A stretch of DNA of 64,000 nt from Eledone cirrhosa (taxonomy: Eukaryota), in assembly GCA_964016885.1 (NCBI GenBank), contig OZ024743.1, positions 25,978,001 through 26,042,000 on the forward strand, written 5' to 3'. Of the stretch, positions 39,361-53,989 are shown piece after piece; position 1 is the first letter of the stretch, and each line of letters starts with the position of its first letter. Both the position numbers and the translations under genes were made by a program. The notes under the pieces were generated by a model. It did not search any database. It had not been told where the DNA came from and saw nothing but the letters and a program-made list of their open reading frames with translations.

Positions 39361-39799
39361 AGTAATAATAATATAGTCCTCTAGTGCCACACTGGTGACT
39401 AGTGGTGGTGTGACAATAAAAATAATACCAATTATCATCAATGGTGTACATAATACTATAACTGCTACTACTATTACTAATGATAATGATAGTGGGGTGA
39501 TGAGGGGGATAGTAGCAACAACAAAATATATAATAAAGGTAATAATAATATTTTATTAATGAAGACGAATTAAAAATGCCATGACAACTTCAATTACTAC
39601 TATTAGTATTATTATATATATTAATTATATATTATTATATATTGAATATATTAGAACTGTTGTTTTATTGGTGTTACTGTTGCGGATCTTTCAATAATAC
39701 CAGCGAGACGACCACGGCGGCGGTGGTGGTGACGTCGGTAACGATGGTGACGGCGACGGCGGCGAAGATAGCGACGACGGCGACGACAGAGAACTACAG

Positions 39800-40006
39800 C
39801 GGCGACGACGATGATGGTGATGATGGTGGTGATGATGATGATGATGATGATGGTGATGATGATGGTGGTGGTGATGATGATGATGATGGTGACGACGATG
39901 ATGATGATGATGGTGATGATGATGATGATGATGGTGATGATGGTAATGATGATGATGATGATGAGGAGGAGGAGGAGGAGGAGGAGGAGGTTGATGATGG
40001 TGATGT

Positions 40007-40037
<31 letters not shown>

Positions 40038-40099
40038 GATGGTGATGATGGTAATGATGATGATGAGGAGGAGGAGGAGGAGGTTGATGATGGTGATGT

Positions 40100-40130
<31 letters not shown>

Positions 40131-40135
40131 GATGT

Positions 40136-40174
<39 letters not shown>

Positions 40175-40278
40175 GGATGATGGTGATGATGAGGATGTTG
40201 ATGGTGATGATGATGGTGATGATGAAGGGGATGATGATGATGATGATGATGATGGTGATGATGAAGGTGAGGATGTCG

Positions 40279-40309
<31 letters not shown>

Positions 40310-40365
40310 GCATGATGATGATGATGATAATGATGTTGATGATGATGACGATGATAAGGAGGAGT
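39800..40365. repeat. Degenerate (GAT)n/(GAG)n microsatellite
   Basis: Direct reading. It produces spurious poly-D/M/H/I/S ORFs. Confidence 0.9.
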
Positions 40366-40714
40366 AGGGGGTGGAAGAGGAGGAAGGGTGGGGGAAGGGG
40401 GAGGAAGGGGGAGGAAGGGGAGGAGGAAGAGGGGCATGAGGGACAGGGGGAGAGGGTGGAGGGGGAGGCAACAGAGGACAATCTTCATGATCATCGTCGT
40501 CGTCGTCGTAGTCCCTGTGATATGTGTGTATCGTACGGATCAATGGCCGCCATGAAAAGGCTAATTGCTGTCAAACGCTAACCTACATAACTGATGGTGT
40601 CTGCTGAGCTAAGGTTTAATAAGCGTTCACTCATCAAATAATTGTTTCTACTTTTCTCAAATAATGAAACAAAAACATGGACGACTACGGCGACAATAAC
40701 AATAACAACAAAGC

Positions 40715-40805
<91 letters not shown>

Positions 40806-40881
40806 GCGACCAACAATTAGCAAACAAATAAATAAGTAATAGAGACATTTTAGCATGCTGTCTGTGTCTGTAATTCCGTCA

Positions 40882-40932
<51 letters not shown>

Positions 40933-41100
40933 TTTATCTCGGGTTCAGTCGGGGGTAACCACAGTAAGTAAGGTACTCAATACAAAGCAGAGTATTTAAT
41001 ATAGAAAGGTTTCTACAGGCCTAGAACTGTTTCATCCGGAAGAAATCATCATAAAGCCTGATGATTTCTCCCGGGTGAAACAGTTCTAGTCCTGTCGAAG

Positions 41101-41148
<48 letters not shown>

Positions 41149-41746
41149 TGTGTGTGTGTGTGTAGTAGTAGGTAGTACGAAGGAAAACTGGTGTTGGTAC
41201 CAAATCAAGCACTCTATGCACAGGCACAGTGTATGTAATAGAAAAAACGTGGAAGTTACGCCCATAACTCCTATGGATCACCTTGAGCCAATCATCTGCG
41301 AAACACGCGTATCAGGTCGATACGCAATAATTATTTTTCATATGTAAACGAAACTTCGTTTTTTCCTATTATATATATATATATACAGAGATATCCACGG
41401 TAAGTTGCGGGATCCAGTCTGCATGAAGAACTCAATGTAATCCATATGCTGAAAATGTTGTAGGTTAAAATAAATCCCGGAAAACAATAAAACATTAAAA
41501 GGAAAACAGAGTCCTGATATAAGTTAAAACAATGAAATAAAAAGCAACAGCCGGTGATATGCATGTAAGTAAATATTTTCCTTATCTGATATTTTGTAAC
41601 TAACCTTACATAGACCGATAACGAAGTATAGTTACGATGTATTATCATCACCTAGAAACGATCGTAAAGCAGTGAAGTATATTTCTAATGACTTGATTTT
41701 TTATTTCATTGTTTGAACTTATATATATATATATATATATAAATAC

Positions 41747-42258
<512 letters not shown>

Positions 42259-42427
42259 CCATTTATCTTTCAGTTAGGTCTGGTACATATTCAATCATTT
42301 TATTTATTATTTTCCATTTTCCTGTGTTTTTTTTTTTTGTTGTTTGTTTTTGTCGAACCGAAAAGTCACGGAACATAAACACAGACACAGATATAGACGT
42401 AAACATAGACAGCGATACACACATACA

Positions 42428-42490
<63 letters not shown>

Positions 42491-42698
42491 CATACATACA
42501 CACACACTCACAAGCACACATATACACACATATATATATACAGATATATTGGAAGAAGTTATTCTAAATTTATATGCATATGTATGTATACACACAAACA
42601 CACACAAACACACAAACACACACAAACACACAAACACACAAACACACACACACACATACACATACACATACACACATATATATATATATACATATATA

Positions 42699-42740
<42 letters not shown>

Positions 42741-43935
42741 GTGTATGTGTGTATGTACAACTATGCATGTGTGTCTATGGATTGAAAGAAGAGATGTGAA
42801 TGTGGGTTGGTGCTATGTGCATCTGTAAATGTGTGCAAGCGTGCGTATATATGCCTGTGCATGTGAAGAAGAAGAAGAAGAAGAAGAAGAAGAAGAAGAA
42901 GAAGAAGAAGAAGAAGAAGAAGAAGAAGAAGAAGAAGAAGAAGAAGAAGAAGAAGAAGAAGAAGAAGGCATGTATGAAAATACAGGAATGGGATGAAAGT
43001 CCTACTGACGCCATTTATATATGATCTAACGAGGGACAAAAGAGTTCCAGATTATTAACGCATGCTTGATCCCGTGTCAAACGGTACAACTCGGCAATGT
43101 TCGTTGTTTATTTGTTTGGGAATCTATTTGTTTGTCTGTATTTTGATTTTGTGACTTGTAGTTATTGTTGTTCTTTTACTTGTTACAATTATTGTACTCC
43201 AGATATTGTGTATCACTACTTACCAGGGGTCTTAGTCGCTTATATCAACCCCATTACTTAGTCTAGTACTTATTTCTATGAACTCGTAATTGTGGTAGAT
43301 TGGCAGTATCGGTAAAGTATCGCAAATAAAAGCTTTGTGGTCTTTAGTTATGGCTTTTAGAATTTTTGGTTCAAATCCCGCTGGAGCCAACTTTGCTTTT
43401 CAACCTTCGTTGGTCGATAAAATAAAGTACAAGTTAAAGAATGAGGTTGATATAAACGATTTACTCCTTCCCAAAATTGTTTTCCGTGTGCCAGTGTTAG
43501 AAAGAATTTTATTTGACTCAGAGTAGAAAAACAAAGTCGACCTGAAAAAATTAACTGTAGCTTATATGTACGGTGTTGTTGGATCTGTGTGGATCCCGAC
43601 GGTGAGTGTTCCAGTTGTTCGAACTATGGAACAGACTGTTCATGAAACTGACATACAAGTGGCAGAGCATTCCACAAACATATATCTTTAAACACAATTC
43701 TCAGGGAGCTTCGACGTGATATAATGTGACAAGGTTGAACTTTGCTGTAAAGAATCAATAAAACAATAAAACCCATCTCTATGTTATCAGACTTAGCATA
43801 TCCACAGAGAGAACAGTGAAAAAAGTATGTCTGTGCAACCCAACCCAAACAAATACCACAATGACTTTCGTCCGAAATCACGTTCATCCCCAAAATGTTC
43901 ATCTCTTCACGATATACATCAGCAAAATTACACAC

Positions 43936-44013
<78 letters not shown>

Positions 44014-44459
44014 ATGTGTTTGTATGTATGCCTGTGCGTGTGTTTTTTTCTCCCTCCCCAATATAGCATTATTTCTGTATCTATTCTCCAATGAAAGACT
44101 AGTGTACGACACGTTAAAACTCTTTTACAATTTATTATAAAAAATATACTAACATACTATTATTGTGTTATTTAATGCAGGGTATATTCCATGTTTTAAT
44201 TATTCTACCTGTTATCCTGTAACGCAGACCTCCTCGTTTCGTTTTGTTTCTTATGTTTTAAGTATTATTCTTTATGTTTATATTTTTATATTGTATTTTT
44301 TTGCCTTTCATCCTTACGAGGTCGATAAAATAAAGTACCAGTAATGTACTGGGTAATTGCTGGCCTTGTGCCTAAAGTAGAAACAATTATTATGTATTCT
44401 TTATCAATCATTTTCATTTTTTTTTTTACTTTTTTTACTTATTCTTGATGTTTGTATAT

Positions 44460-44635
44460 AATGGTTTCTTATATAGGCACAAGGCCAGGAATTTGGGAGG
44501 AGGGGAAAGTCGATTAAATCGACCCCAGTGCGTGACTGGTACTTTATTGTATCGACTCCGTAAGAATGAAAGGCAAAGTTAACCTCGGCGGGATTTGAAC
44601 TCAGATCATAAAGGGCCGTAACTCTATGCCGCACA
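44460..44635 (-). mobile_element. Long-type SINE, 5'-truncated
   Basis: Contains the GTCGATTAAATCGAC near-palindrome segment and a B-box. Confidence 0.85.
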
Positions 44636-44639
44636 GCAG

Positions 44640-45310
44640 ACTGTTGGCCAAGAACTTGCCTTATTGTGCTGTATAATGCCTTCAAGTCTCTGCAGTTATA
44701 AACCGTCTGTATCTGCTGAAACTTTAGATCACCAGATATTCTTCACCTTTAGAGATTTACATTGCAGTTTGACTTTGCTTCTTTGAAGGCCTTCACGAAA
44801 GTGGTCCTCACTGGACCTTCAGCAACAAGGCACTTCTCATATAGTTTGTTGTTTTCTTCTATGAGCACAGTGAATGCAGTATCATTATCATCAAACCAGT
44901 CTCGGTGTTTTGTCTTCTTAAGACCGAATACCCAGCACTGTAAACCTGTGTTTTAAACTGTTCCCAAGTTCCATCAAAGACAACGTTAAGTGCATAATGA
45001 AGAGCACCTTGCATTTGTCAATGTTGCAGTTTGGACACATCTATACGTTTTGGCACTTGTACCCTTGCTGCCCTCACATTTCTCTTATCTAGACTTTCAT
45101 CTTGCCACGTATAATGTTGTGGTCTGTGCCACATTCTACACCAAGCATTACTATTATCCGGGAGGTCTCTCTTCCTGGTGATGGTAAAATCCAAGATGTG
45201 TCTATGTTTGGATCTCACGTGTATCCATGCTGCTTTGTGGATCACTTCCTTCTCACCTCGCCCAAATAACAAACTGTCACACTACACCTACTTCACTTTG
45301 CCTCTCACTC
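44640..45310 (-). mobile_element. Deleted RTE-BovB-like LINE remnant
   Basis: AWIHVRSKHRHILDFTITRKRD, GAECGTDH, KHRDWFDDND and LKALY on the minus strand. Confidence 0.75.
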
Positions 45311-45464
45311 ATAGCAATCACCCCTCCCCTTCTTCATAACTGGCCTTTCTCCCAATATTTAGATTGTAAATTCCGCCAACTCGTATACTCTACTTTGGTA
45401 TATATATATGTAAATGAACGCAATGTTGTAAGAAAATGAATATATATGTGTGTGTGTGTTTGTA

Positions 45465-45534
<70 letters not shown>

Positions 45535-45882
45535 AGGAAAAAGTATGACCCCGACGGCAGAACTCAAGCCGTTTCGACGGCTATTTCTGGACTGAATTAG
45601 AATTTTTAGCATGGTGAATAAATAGCCGAACTTGTCAAGGGGGTACTTCCTTATATGAGAAGATTGTGGTTGTCAAGAGGATTGGTTAAAATTTGTTGTA
45701 AACACAAATAAGTCTATCATGGCATTTGGTGGGAGGTAGGGGTGGCTGAACTTGCCTGTAGAACAATAGGGGAGTGAAAGGAGCGGTCAAGCGTTGAAAG
45801 TGATATGTATACAGCAGATTCTAAGGATAGTGTATGAAGTGGAGGAGGGAGGTTATAGAATAGGTAATTCAGGTGGTGGTTT

Positions 45883-45926
<44 letters not shown>

Positions 45927-45932
45927 ACAGTG

Positions 45933-46009
<77 letters not shown>

Positions 46010-46439
46010 TTGTTGGGGAGGGAGTGATTACGACGACAATGATGATAATGCGGCTGATGATAAAGTTGCTTATAATACAAACTATGATGATGGTGGTGGT
46101 GATGAGGATGAGGATGTTGATGGTGATGGTGATGGTGAAGATGAGGATAATGGTGATCGTGATGGTGATGGTAGTGATGACGATAATGATGATGATGACG
46201 ATGATGATGATTTGCTTATAATACAAACGATGATGGTGATGATGATGATGACGATGATGATGACGATGATGATGATTTAGCTTTGTGTTTTTGAATTCAT
46301 TATAGAATATGAAATCCATCGTAAATGGGTAAACAAACCAAATAAAAATCAACAATGGAACCCTCTGCAATCAGGGGAACGTGAGGCCGCCTGTGAGACA
46401 TGGGACTGTCTGGGACTTAGCCCAGTTGACGTCCCTCTT

Positions 46440-47300
46440 TCTTCTCCTTCTGCTGACGTCAAATCCCCTCTAAGCATTTGGGATCCATCCAGTGTAGCCC
46501 GCCCTCAAACAGGCTCACGCACCAACTCAACCAACACCACCCTGCCTGTTTTCGTGCGGCCTTCAAACCCCACGGTCGTGCCTGGCTCCATGCCTTGCCC
46601 TCATTCTCCACTGGCACGCAGCTGGATAACAATAGCCTGCACATCGGCGTTTCCTTGAGGCTTGGCCTCCGGATCTGCGAGCCACACCAATGTTGCTGTG
46701 GATCCATCGTGGACTCTTTCGCCCTCCACACGCTTTCCTGTCGCCACAGTACCGGCTGCCTTCCATGCCATGATGCCCTCAACGAGGTCATAAAGCATGA
46801 CTTGGACGCTGCAGGCTTCCCCTCCCAGCGCGAGCCGGTGGGGCCTGACCGAGAAGATACAGAAGGCCAGATGGTATGACCATCTTCCCGTTCCGCAGTG
46901 ACAAACCCCTCGTCTGGGATGCCATTTGCACCGACACTTTCTCCAGCCGCAACTTGGTGCAGTCTGCGACTAACCTAGGTTCTGCTGCACGTTGGGCTGA
47001 GCAGGCCAAACTCTCCAAATAGCGGTCGCTCTCCGACAGGTTTGCGGTCGTATCCTTGGCAGTGGAGACTTCTGGTTTCCTCGGCCCTAGGGCTACCTCC
47101 CTACTCACCACCATAGGAGCTGATCTGGCCAGCCGCAGGTGTGACCTCGCGAGTTTGAATGGCTATTCCAGCGCGTCTCCCTTACCATCCTCCGGAGTAA
47201 CAACTTCTCCATTCTGTCCGCCGGGGCTGTGGGGAGGCCACCAGCATGATTAACTTACTTGTCATTTTATCAGTCAACCTGTATAATGTGTTCATGTGTT
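46440..47300 (+). mobile_element. CRE-like non-LTR retrotransposon 3' part (zinc knuckle + RLE), disrupted
   Basis: AWLHALP...LRLGL...CCCG...HTLSC...HDALNEVI...REPVG...RPDGMT...LVWDAIC...AVETSG. Confidence 0.85.
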
Positions 47301-47677
47301 CTCATCATCAAAAGAACAAGAAATGAGAACAAAACACCATGAAAATCGTATAAATTAACTGACAGAGCGCAAAAATGTGGCAGTTTAAATTACAAAGAAT
47401 TGGGAAACTTACCAGTCACCATTTTGAATTAAGTTTTTGACATCTGTAAAGCGTAACTAATATTTTAGTAGGAGATTGGAGGGGTGAATTGCTTTGTTGT
47501 GTTTTACAGGCTAATTAGACTATTTAATTTGTTAATTTAGCACAGCAGACACACAGGCGCATAAATTCATATTCTCACACTCGAAGGTAAGTATATATGT
47601 CGGATGGGTGGGTATGTAGGTACCTAGGAAATAGGTAAGTAAATAAACTGATTAAATAGATATGTATATTATTACTT

Positions 47678-47890
47678 GGATTGGCAGAATTGGTAGAACG
47701 TCCGACGCCCTGCTTCGCGGCATAGTATTATGCTCCTTTATGTTCTGAGTTCAAATCCCTCCGATGTTAGCTTTGTCTTTCATCCTTACGGGGTCGTTAA
47801 AGTAAAGTACCAGTAACATACTGGGGTTGATTTACTCAACTTTTCCCTCCCTAAAATTGCTGGCCTTGAGCCTAAATCAGAAATTATTAT
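47678..47890 (+). mobile_element. Long-type SINE
   Basis: A/B boxes, core, and GGCCTTGAGCC...GAAATTATTATT tail. Confidence 0.88.
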
Positions 47891-48448
47891 TATCCATTGT
47901 ATATATATACATATATATATATATATAAATATAATTTCAGCGAGACCGTATTTCGGCGGTGGCTAAAACAAAACGAAACACAATCTTCGAGATACGCTGG
48001 CAAGCGCTCAATGGACTAAGAAGAAACCAGAGCAATTAACATATGCTATAAAGGCCAGATAAAATGAAAACAGTGGTTGTGAAGTCAGCAGCCACCGTAG
48101 CCGAAAAAACGAATCAAGTTAAACAGGTTAACAAAAAATTTATTACCTGGACCTTCCCGGAATGTGTTGGTAAAATCCAATGGGATGTTTCTGTGACTCC
48201 TAAATCAAGTATTCTGTCTGCTTTCGTAGTAAGCTTATGGTATAACGATCGAACAAGGTAGACATTTCGTCAACAGGTTTTCTGTTTTCAATCGCCTACC
48301 GAGTTCCAATGAAGTAGCAGTGAAGTGACTACCCCACGTGGTTACCGTGCAAGGGAGGTAACCCCGATTTTTGGCGGGTGCATTCAAAATGTGTAAAGAA
48401 ATTGCAAAAAATTGCAAAAAACTGCACAAATCGAAGTTTATATATATA

Positions 48449-49432
48449 CTAGCAGCAGTAACCAGCGTTGCCTGGCAAAATAATATCTGCTTTGATGAAA
48501 AGGTGTTGATCTTAGCGACTGCTTCTCGATGACTCATCTATGGCCACACACAGGCCATGCGGGGGAGGGTGGTGATGACCTCTATCACTGAGAGACGCGG
48601 GTGACTGACGAAGGGGCATGCTGGGGGAGGGAGGTAATGACCTCTAGCACTAAGCCAAATTTCCTCACGCTACTTGATTGGAAACCGATGAATTCTCAAA
48701 TACACGACTAAAAGCTCAGACGACGTCAGTGGCCATCGTTTTGCCTTTGACCATCTATAAGATGTGCAATGATAGGTTCTATCGTAGTATAAAAGTTGAA
48801 CCAAATAAATTGATTTATGTGTGAGGTAGAGTCGAAGTTTCGAATTTGAACGAAATCGGTTGAAAAGGCGGAAATTTGAGCGAAAAGGTGGTATTTTCGA
48901 ATATTTAAGCGGCTGCCACGCCATTCCTGAACAAAAAATCCAAAATGTAAAGCCACTTTAAGACGTGAAATAATCAGATCTAGCGTATTGTAAAATTTGA
49001 ACAAAGTAGGTTGATTAATGTGGGAGCGAGAGCTGAAAAAGTGAAAATTTTAGTCTAAAAGTGATATTTTTGAATATTTAAGCGGCTGCCACCACGTCGT
49101 CCCTGAACAACAAATGCAAAATATAAAGCGACTACAGGATGTGCAATGATAAATTCTATTTTGCTTTAAAATTTGAACGAAATCGGTGGCAAAATGTGGG
49201 AGCTAGAGCCAAAAACCTTATTTTTCGATACCTAAAAAAAGATGATCCCCCCTCCCTATCGATTTTTATCTGCAGAATGACCCCGGAATACAAAAACGAT
49301 ACGCTATATATAGAAAACACTCCACGATGACTAATCTATGAGCCTGTAAAGTTTATGAAAATCGGTCGTATTATCCCTATAGGTAATACACAGACACACA
49401 CACACACATACTTAATTTTATATATATACAGA
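48449..49432 (-). mobile_element. Non-autonomous Helitron
   Basis: The minus strand starts TC, followed by a TATAAAATT and (GT)n tract. It ends CCAGGCAACGCTGG hairpin + CTAG and is inserted between A and T. Internal imperfect repeats (AATTTGAAC, GAATATTTAAGCGGCTGCCAC). Confidence 0.8.
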
Positions 49433-52400
49433 TATATACCGCTCCAGACATCCTCCTTGTTATACTCGGATTTTTCACCATCTCTTCCTACACTCCACGG
49501 GAAAACACTCAGGAACACACACACAAACACTTACACTATTTTCACACACACGCAACCATACGCCCACACCACACGTTAGAATAAAACCAATGTCTCCTAG
49601 TAGACAGATACCCCATGGTTGGTTAAATCCATATATATAAAATTCATGCTAATTAAGTTACTCAACAAGCAGAGCTCAATGAACAATAAGCTCATACAAT
49701 AGATTCTGGCATAGAATTGGACAGTAGATCTTCGCTATGTGAGTGGCTTTTGTTTGGCGTTTCCTTTGTTTTTTTATCGGACCTCTTTTGGCCAGTTCCT
49801 GCCAGTTTAGTAAAGGTTCATAAAATATACTCGACAGAAGGTCAGTTTTTATGCCAATGGCCGACAATCAAGTTTTTTTTCCCCAGCGCTTTTTTGTTTT
49901 AAAGTATTTATTATAGTCTAAAGACTATCACTATTGATACGGTGTATTTTATGGTGTTATGTAGAGTTAATACACTTTTCGGATTTCTGGATACACTGCA
50001 TCCGAATTAAAATCGGTTTTCTCAATCAGAATCTTTTCCCCAGAACGAATCCCTATCTTCCTGAGAAGGAATTAATTTGACATTTATTTATCGTCCCTAT
50101 GTAAAATGTTCATTGAAATTGATAGAATGTCTTTCAGCTTCTAATGACGGAATTTCTCGCTGACAGCTTTTAAAATTTTAATGATTGTTTGAAATGATCG
50201 ATTTATGTTAAAGAGCTCTCTTTTTATTATCTTTAGATATTTTATTTTTCAATTTTTATCGGTGAGAATGTAGCTATTTCTTTCTTTACATTTGATAAGT
50301 ATCCTCACATATCCGATGGTATTTCGTAGATCAACGATCTTTTTCTTTAGTTTTCCAAATCCGTGAAGGGTTTTTTTGTATTGTTTTAACTTGTTCGGTT
50401 TTTTCAAGATACTGCGTAAGAGTTGCATACAAGAAGGAAAGAAAAGAATGGAAGAAGATAGGAAATGGAGACGTGGTTTAAAGGAGGTGAAACGGGGTAG
50501 GGAAAGGTATAGAAGTGTATGGGAGAGAATATACAATGAATGCTGGAGCATAGCAATCGATATATACGGTATATATTCAGAAAATCTATTTAAAGATCTA
50601 GTTTGACCGGTAACTCTTGATGAAGTTGTAGGGTCCTCGTCAGGACCTATAGCCTGTTCTAGGCATTTTTAACCTGGCAGAACCCATTCCCTCTCCATGT
50701 CTGAATACATATATATATATATTATCGAGTAGAAACTTGCATTAGAACCATAACAGTATAGTAACATAGTGCCAATGAGAGCAGTAGGTGGCAGGCCCGA
50801 CATTTAATTGTATTTTCACATTTTGGGCCATGATCAACTTTACTTCCAGGTCGATAACACAATTACCAATAGTGTACTGAGATCGATTTCATCGGCTGTA
50901 TTCTTTCAATTTTCAAAGTCATTAGAGTGTTGGGTAAAAAGCCTTGCAGTATTTTTTCCGGCTCCGTAAATTCAATGCTATATGTCTACTTTGCCTTTCA
51001 TCCTTGGAATAAAATGCCAGAAGATGAAACAATGTGCCAGTCTAGGACGGTGGATATGCGAAAATGTTAGAGCCTTCGGACGCGATCCCTTGCGGTATTT
51101 ATTCCGGGGTTTTGCGTTTTGAGTTCAAATTCCACCTCTTATCACCAACCTCCTCGTAGTAGGAAATTATTCTTTGATACCTGACTAATAGTGATAGTTT
51201 CCCACTATAGGACATAGCAACATCTCTACTAGAGCAACTTTACTCTACCACAAAATGTTCATCTTTGTGCTAAGTCGAGGAATAAATTTAGTACTCTGGA
51301 AAATCATAAAAGCTAAAAGGAATCGCTCTCAAGCCAACGAGATAGCTTCTACGTAGTCGATCAATGTGCTAGAAATATTAGCCACATCTTTCTCAAACTA
51401 CACTACCATCACTAAAAAATAAAGGAGAGGTTTGAATAATATTAGTCTTAGATATATAAAAGGAAGACCACGACTGGAAGGCGTTTGATCGTAAGTCTGC
51501 TCGATCAAAGCTGAGATGAGGCTAATCAACAATAGCTGTCGTTGTAGAAATAGTTTTTAACTAATATCAACATTTCATAAGCATTTTTTCATTTTTAGGT
51601 CAACTCAAACGACATTAAAAGCAATAAAATAAAACCACTTTTAAATGTAGCTATTTTAATGCACCATTTTCGAAGTCATTAAATTTCACATCGTATCCAA
51701 GATCAGTGAATGTGTATTTATAAGCTACTTATTCATCAATTATTGTTTTTCAACACTTATTTTTAAAAAAAAGGAAAGTTAAATAGGAGAAGAAATAAAT
51801 AAAACAAGCTCAACAACGACTGAACAATAGAGGAGAAAAACTCATAATTATCATGACAATATTATGGTGAGTTGACAATATAACAATATCATTTCAATGA
51901 AATTATTCATCCACAAAATGATATTTAAAGCAAGTGGCACGTATTTATTACAAAGAAAGCGGAAAAAGCAACAGTAATATAATCTGACAATCAGTTAACA
52001 CACTAGAGTTTAAAATATATCAATTTTTAATATATTCTGAAGAGAGGAGGTGTCAGTAACGGAGTAGTTGAAGTGCGGTCGCATGAGTACGTATCATGCT
52101 TGGATATAGAATCAGGATAAATAGGAACTGGAAATTCACACTTCAGTGCTGTCGTTATGGTGAGTTCTGTTAGTCAAGGCTATTAATAATACCTACATCA
52201 CGTTGTTACTCTCTAGAAGTCTATTTACTATGCGACTAGCGTACTCTCCAGGGAAACGATATACATATATATATATATTAAAATAACAGATTAAAGTTTA
52301 AGCAAAGAATCGCTGCTTTCACCTTTAACGGGTTCTTCAACTTTAATCTGTTATTTTAATAAATATTTGCTCTAGGGTTCTTATATATTTGATATATATT

Positions 52401-52449
52401 TATCCTTATCGAGCCCTTTTGGGATTTTAGTCTTCATATTTATCATTAT

Positions 52450-52493
<44 letters not shown>

Positions 52494-52658
52494 CGAAGGA
52501 GTTGTGGTAAGGAACCAGATGGACCATAACGCACCAGAGTACTCAATACTTAGGGTAGTAGAGTGGGTAATAGAAAAATGTATGTCCCCGACGACAGAGC
52601 TCAAGCCGTTTCGACGGCTATTTCTGAACTGAGTCCAGAAATAGCCGTCGCTTGTGCT

Positions 52659-52701
<43 letters not shown>

Positions 52702-52803
52702 TGCTATACTTGGGGAGGGTCATATTTGTGTAATAATATTGCCTCGCAAAACTAATTCATCGCCGTTATATATATATATATATATATCGCCGTTATGTAT
52801 CTA

Positions 52804-52858
<55 letters not shown>

Positions 52859-53364
52859 TAGAAAATGCGAGACAACATAGGACATTCTGCATAGTTATTC
52901 TATCTGTTGCAAATCGAAGTCAAATTGCTTGTCAAATTCCATTCAAATCAAACTCAACTGTCTTAAAAAGGGAGGACACTATACCCGTATATAAAGTGAG
53001 ATGGTTAAGTCTGGAGCGCCATTGATCATAGATCTACTAGATCATAGGTCTACTAAATCAGAGCTGAGCTGGATCTAAACAATAACAGAGACGTTTTTGT
53101 CCCATCTAAACGATTGTGGTTGAGTTGACCTACTAGAAATAGCGGCCAAATTTACTTTAAATCACATCATAAGTATACATTGGATAGGTGTCTGACACAA
53201 CAACGGGTTCGTTATTACTATCTTTGATCAAACCTCTGCACAATGACGGCTGGTGTATAATAAAACAAAAAAACAATAACTATGTGATGCATTTTAATCC
53301 AAATACCAAGTCTTAGAACGTAGGTAAGTCTGAATGAAACATTAGAAATATTTTTGTGTTGATT

Positions 53365-53560
53365 TCTAATTTAGGCACAAATCCAGCAAATTTGAGGAAA
53401 AATCAAAGTTAATTAAATTAACCCAAGTACTTGACTCGTACTTTATTTTATCGAAGGAATGATGAAAGGCAAAGTTGACCTCGGTGGGATTTGAACTCAG
53501 AATATAAAAAACCAGAACAAATATCACAATAACATTCTATCCGACGTTCTACCAATTCTA
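53365..53560 (-). mobile_element. Diverged SINE copy
   Basis: GGCACAAATCCAGCAA...GATGAAAGGCAAAGTTGACCTCGGTGGGATTTGAACTC. Confidence 0.8.
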
Positions 53561-53989
53561 ACAATCTAAAAAGCATTGTTCTTCCTATTAATGTGTGTGG
53601 GTGTATATGTGTTGCTGTTCTTGTTGTTTAACACTGGTACCTATGATTAGCTAGAAATGGAGATATATTTCATTAAGAAAGTCCCCCCTTTGACTACCCT
53701 ATTAATGACTTCTAATTTAAGCACAGGGCAGCAATGTGGGTTTTTTGTTTTCTTTCTTTTTTTTTTTTTTCTTCTAGGCATAGTGTAACTGGGATTACAT
53801 TAATCAAGCTCTTATCTTTTATAAAAAAAGGGAGTTTGTGATTTCTGCATTCTCTCAGTGGCTGTGCGTGTGCGCGCGTGCGGTATGTGGTGACACTTTA
53901 CGCATGTAGGAGATTGATTATGATGTAAATCTATAACTGGGCCTCCGTTTGCTTCGACGATGAGTGTTGCAGTTGTTCTTTCAACAAAA

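Noticed and set aside
39642-40581. 240-276 aa poly-Asp/Met/His/Ile/Ser ORFs
   Set aside because: Overlapping translations of one degenerate (GAT)n tract, with no unique coding signature.
50040-50700. Possible Penelope ORF N-terminus and CTGACGA core
   Set aside because: Only a vague resemblance. There are no RT or GIY-YIG motifs and the GAAA half is broken.
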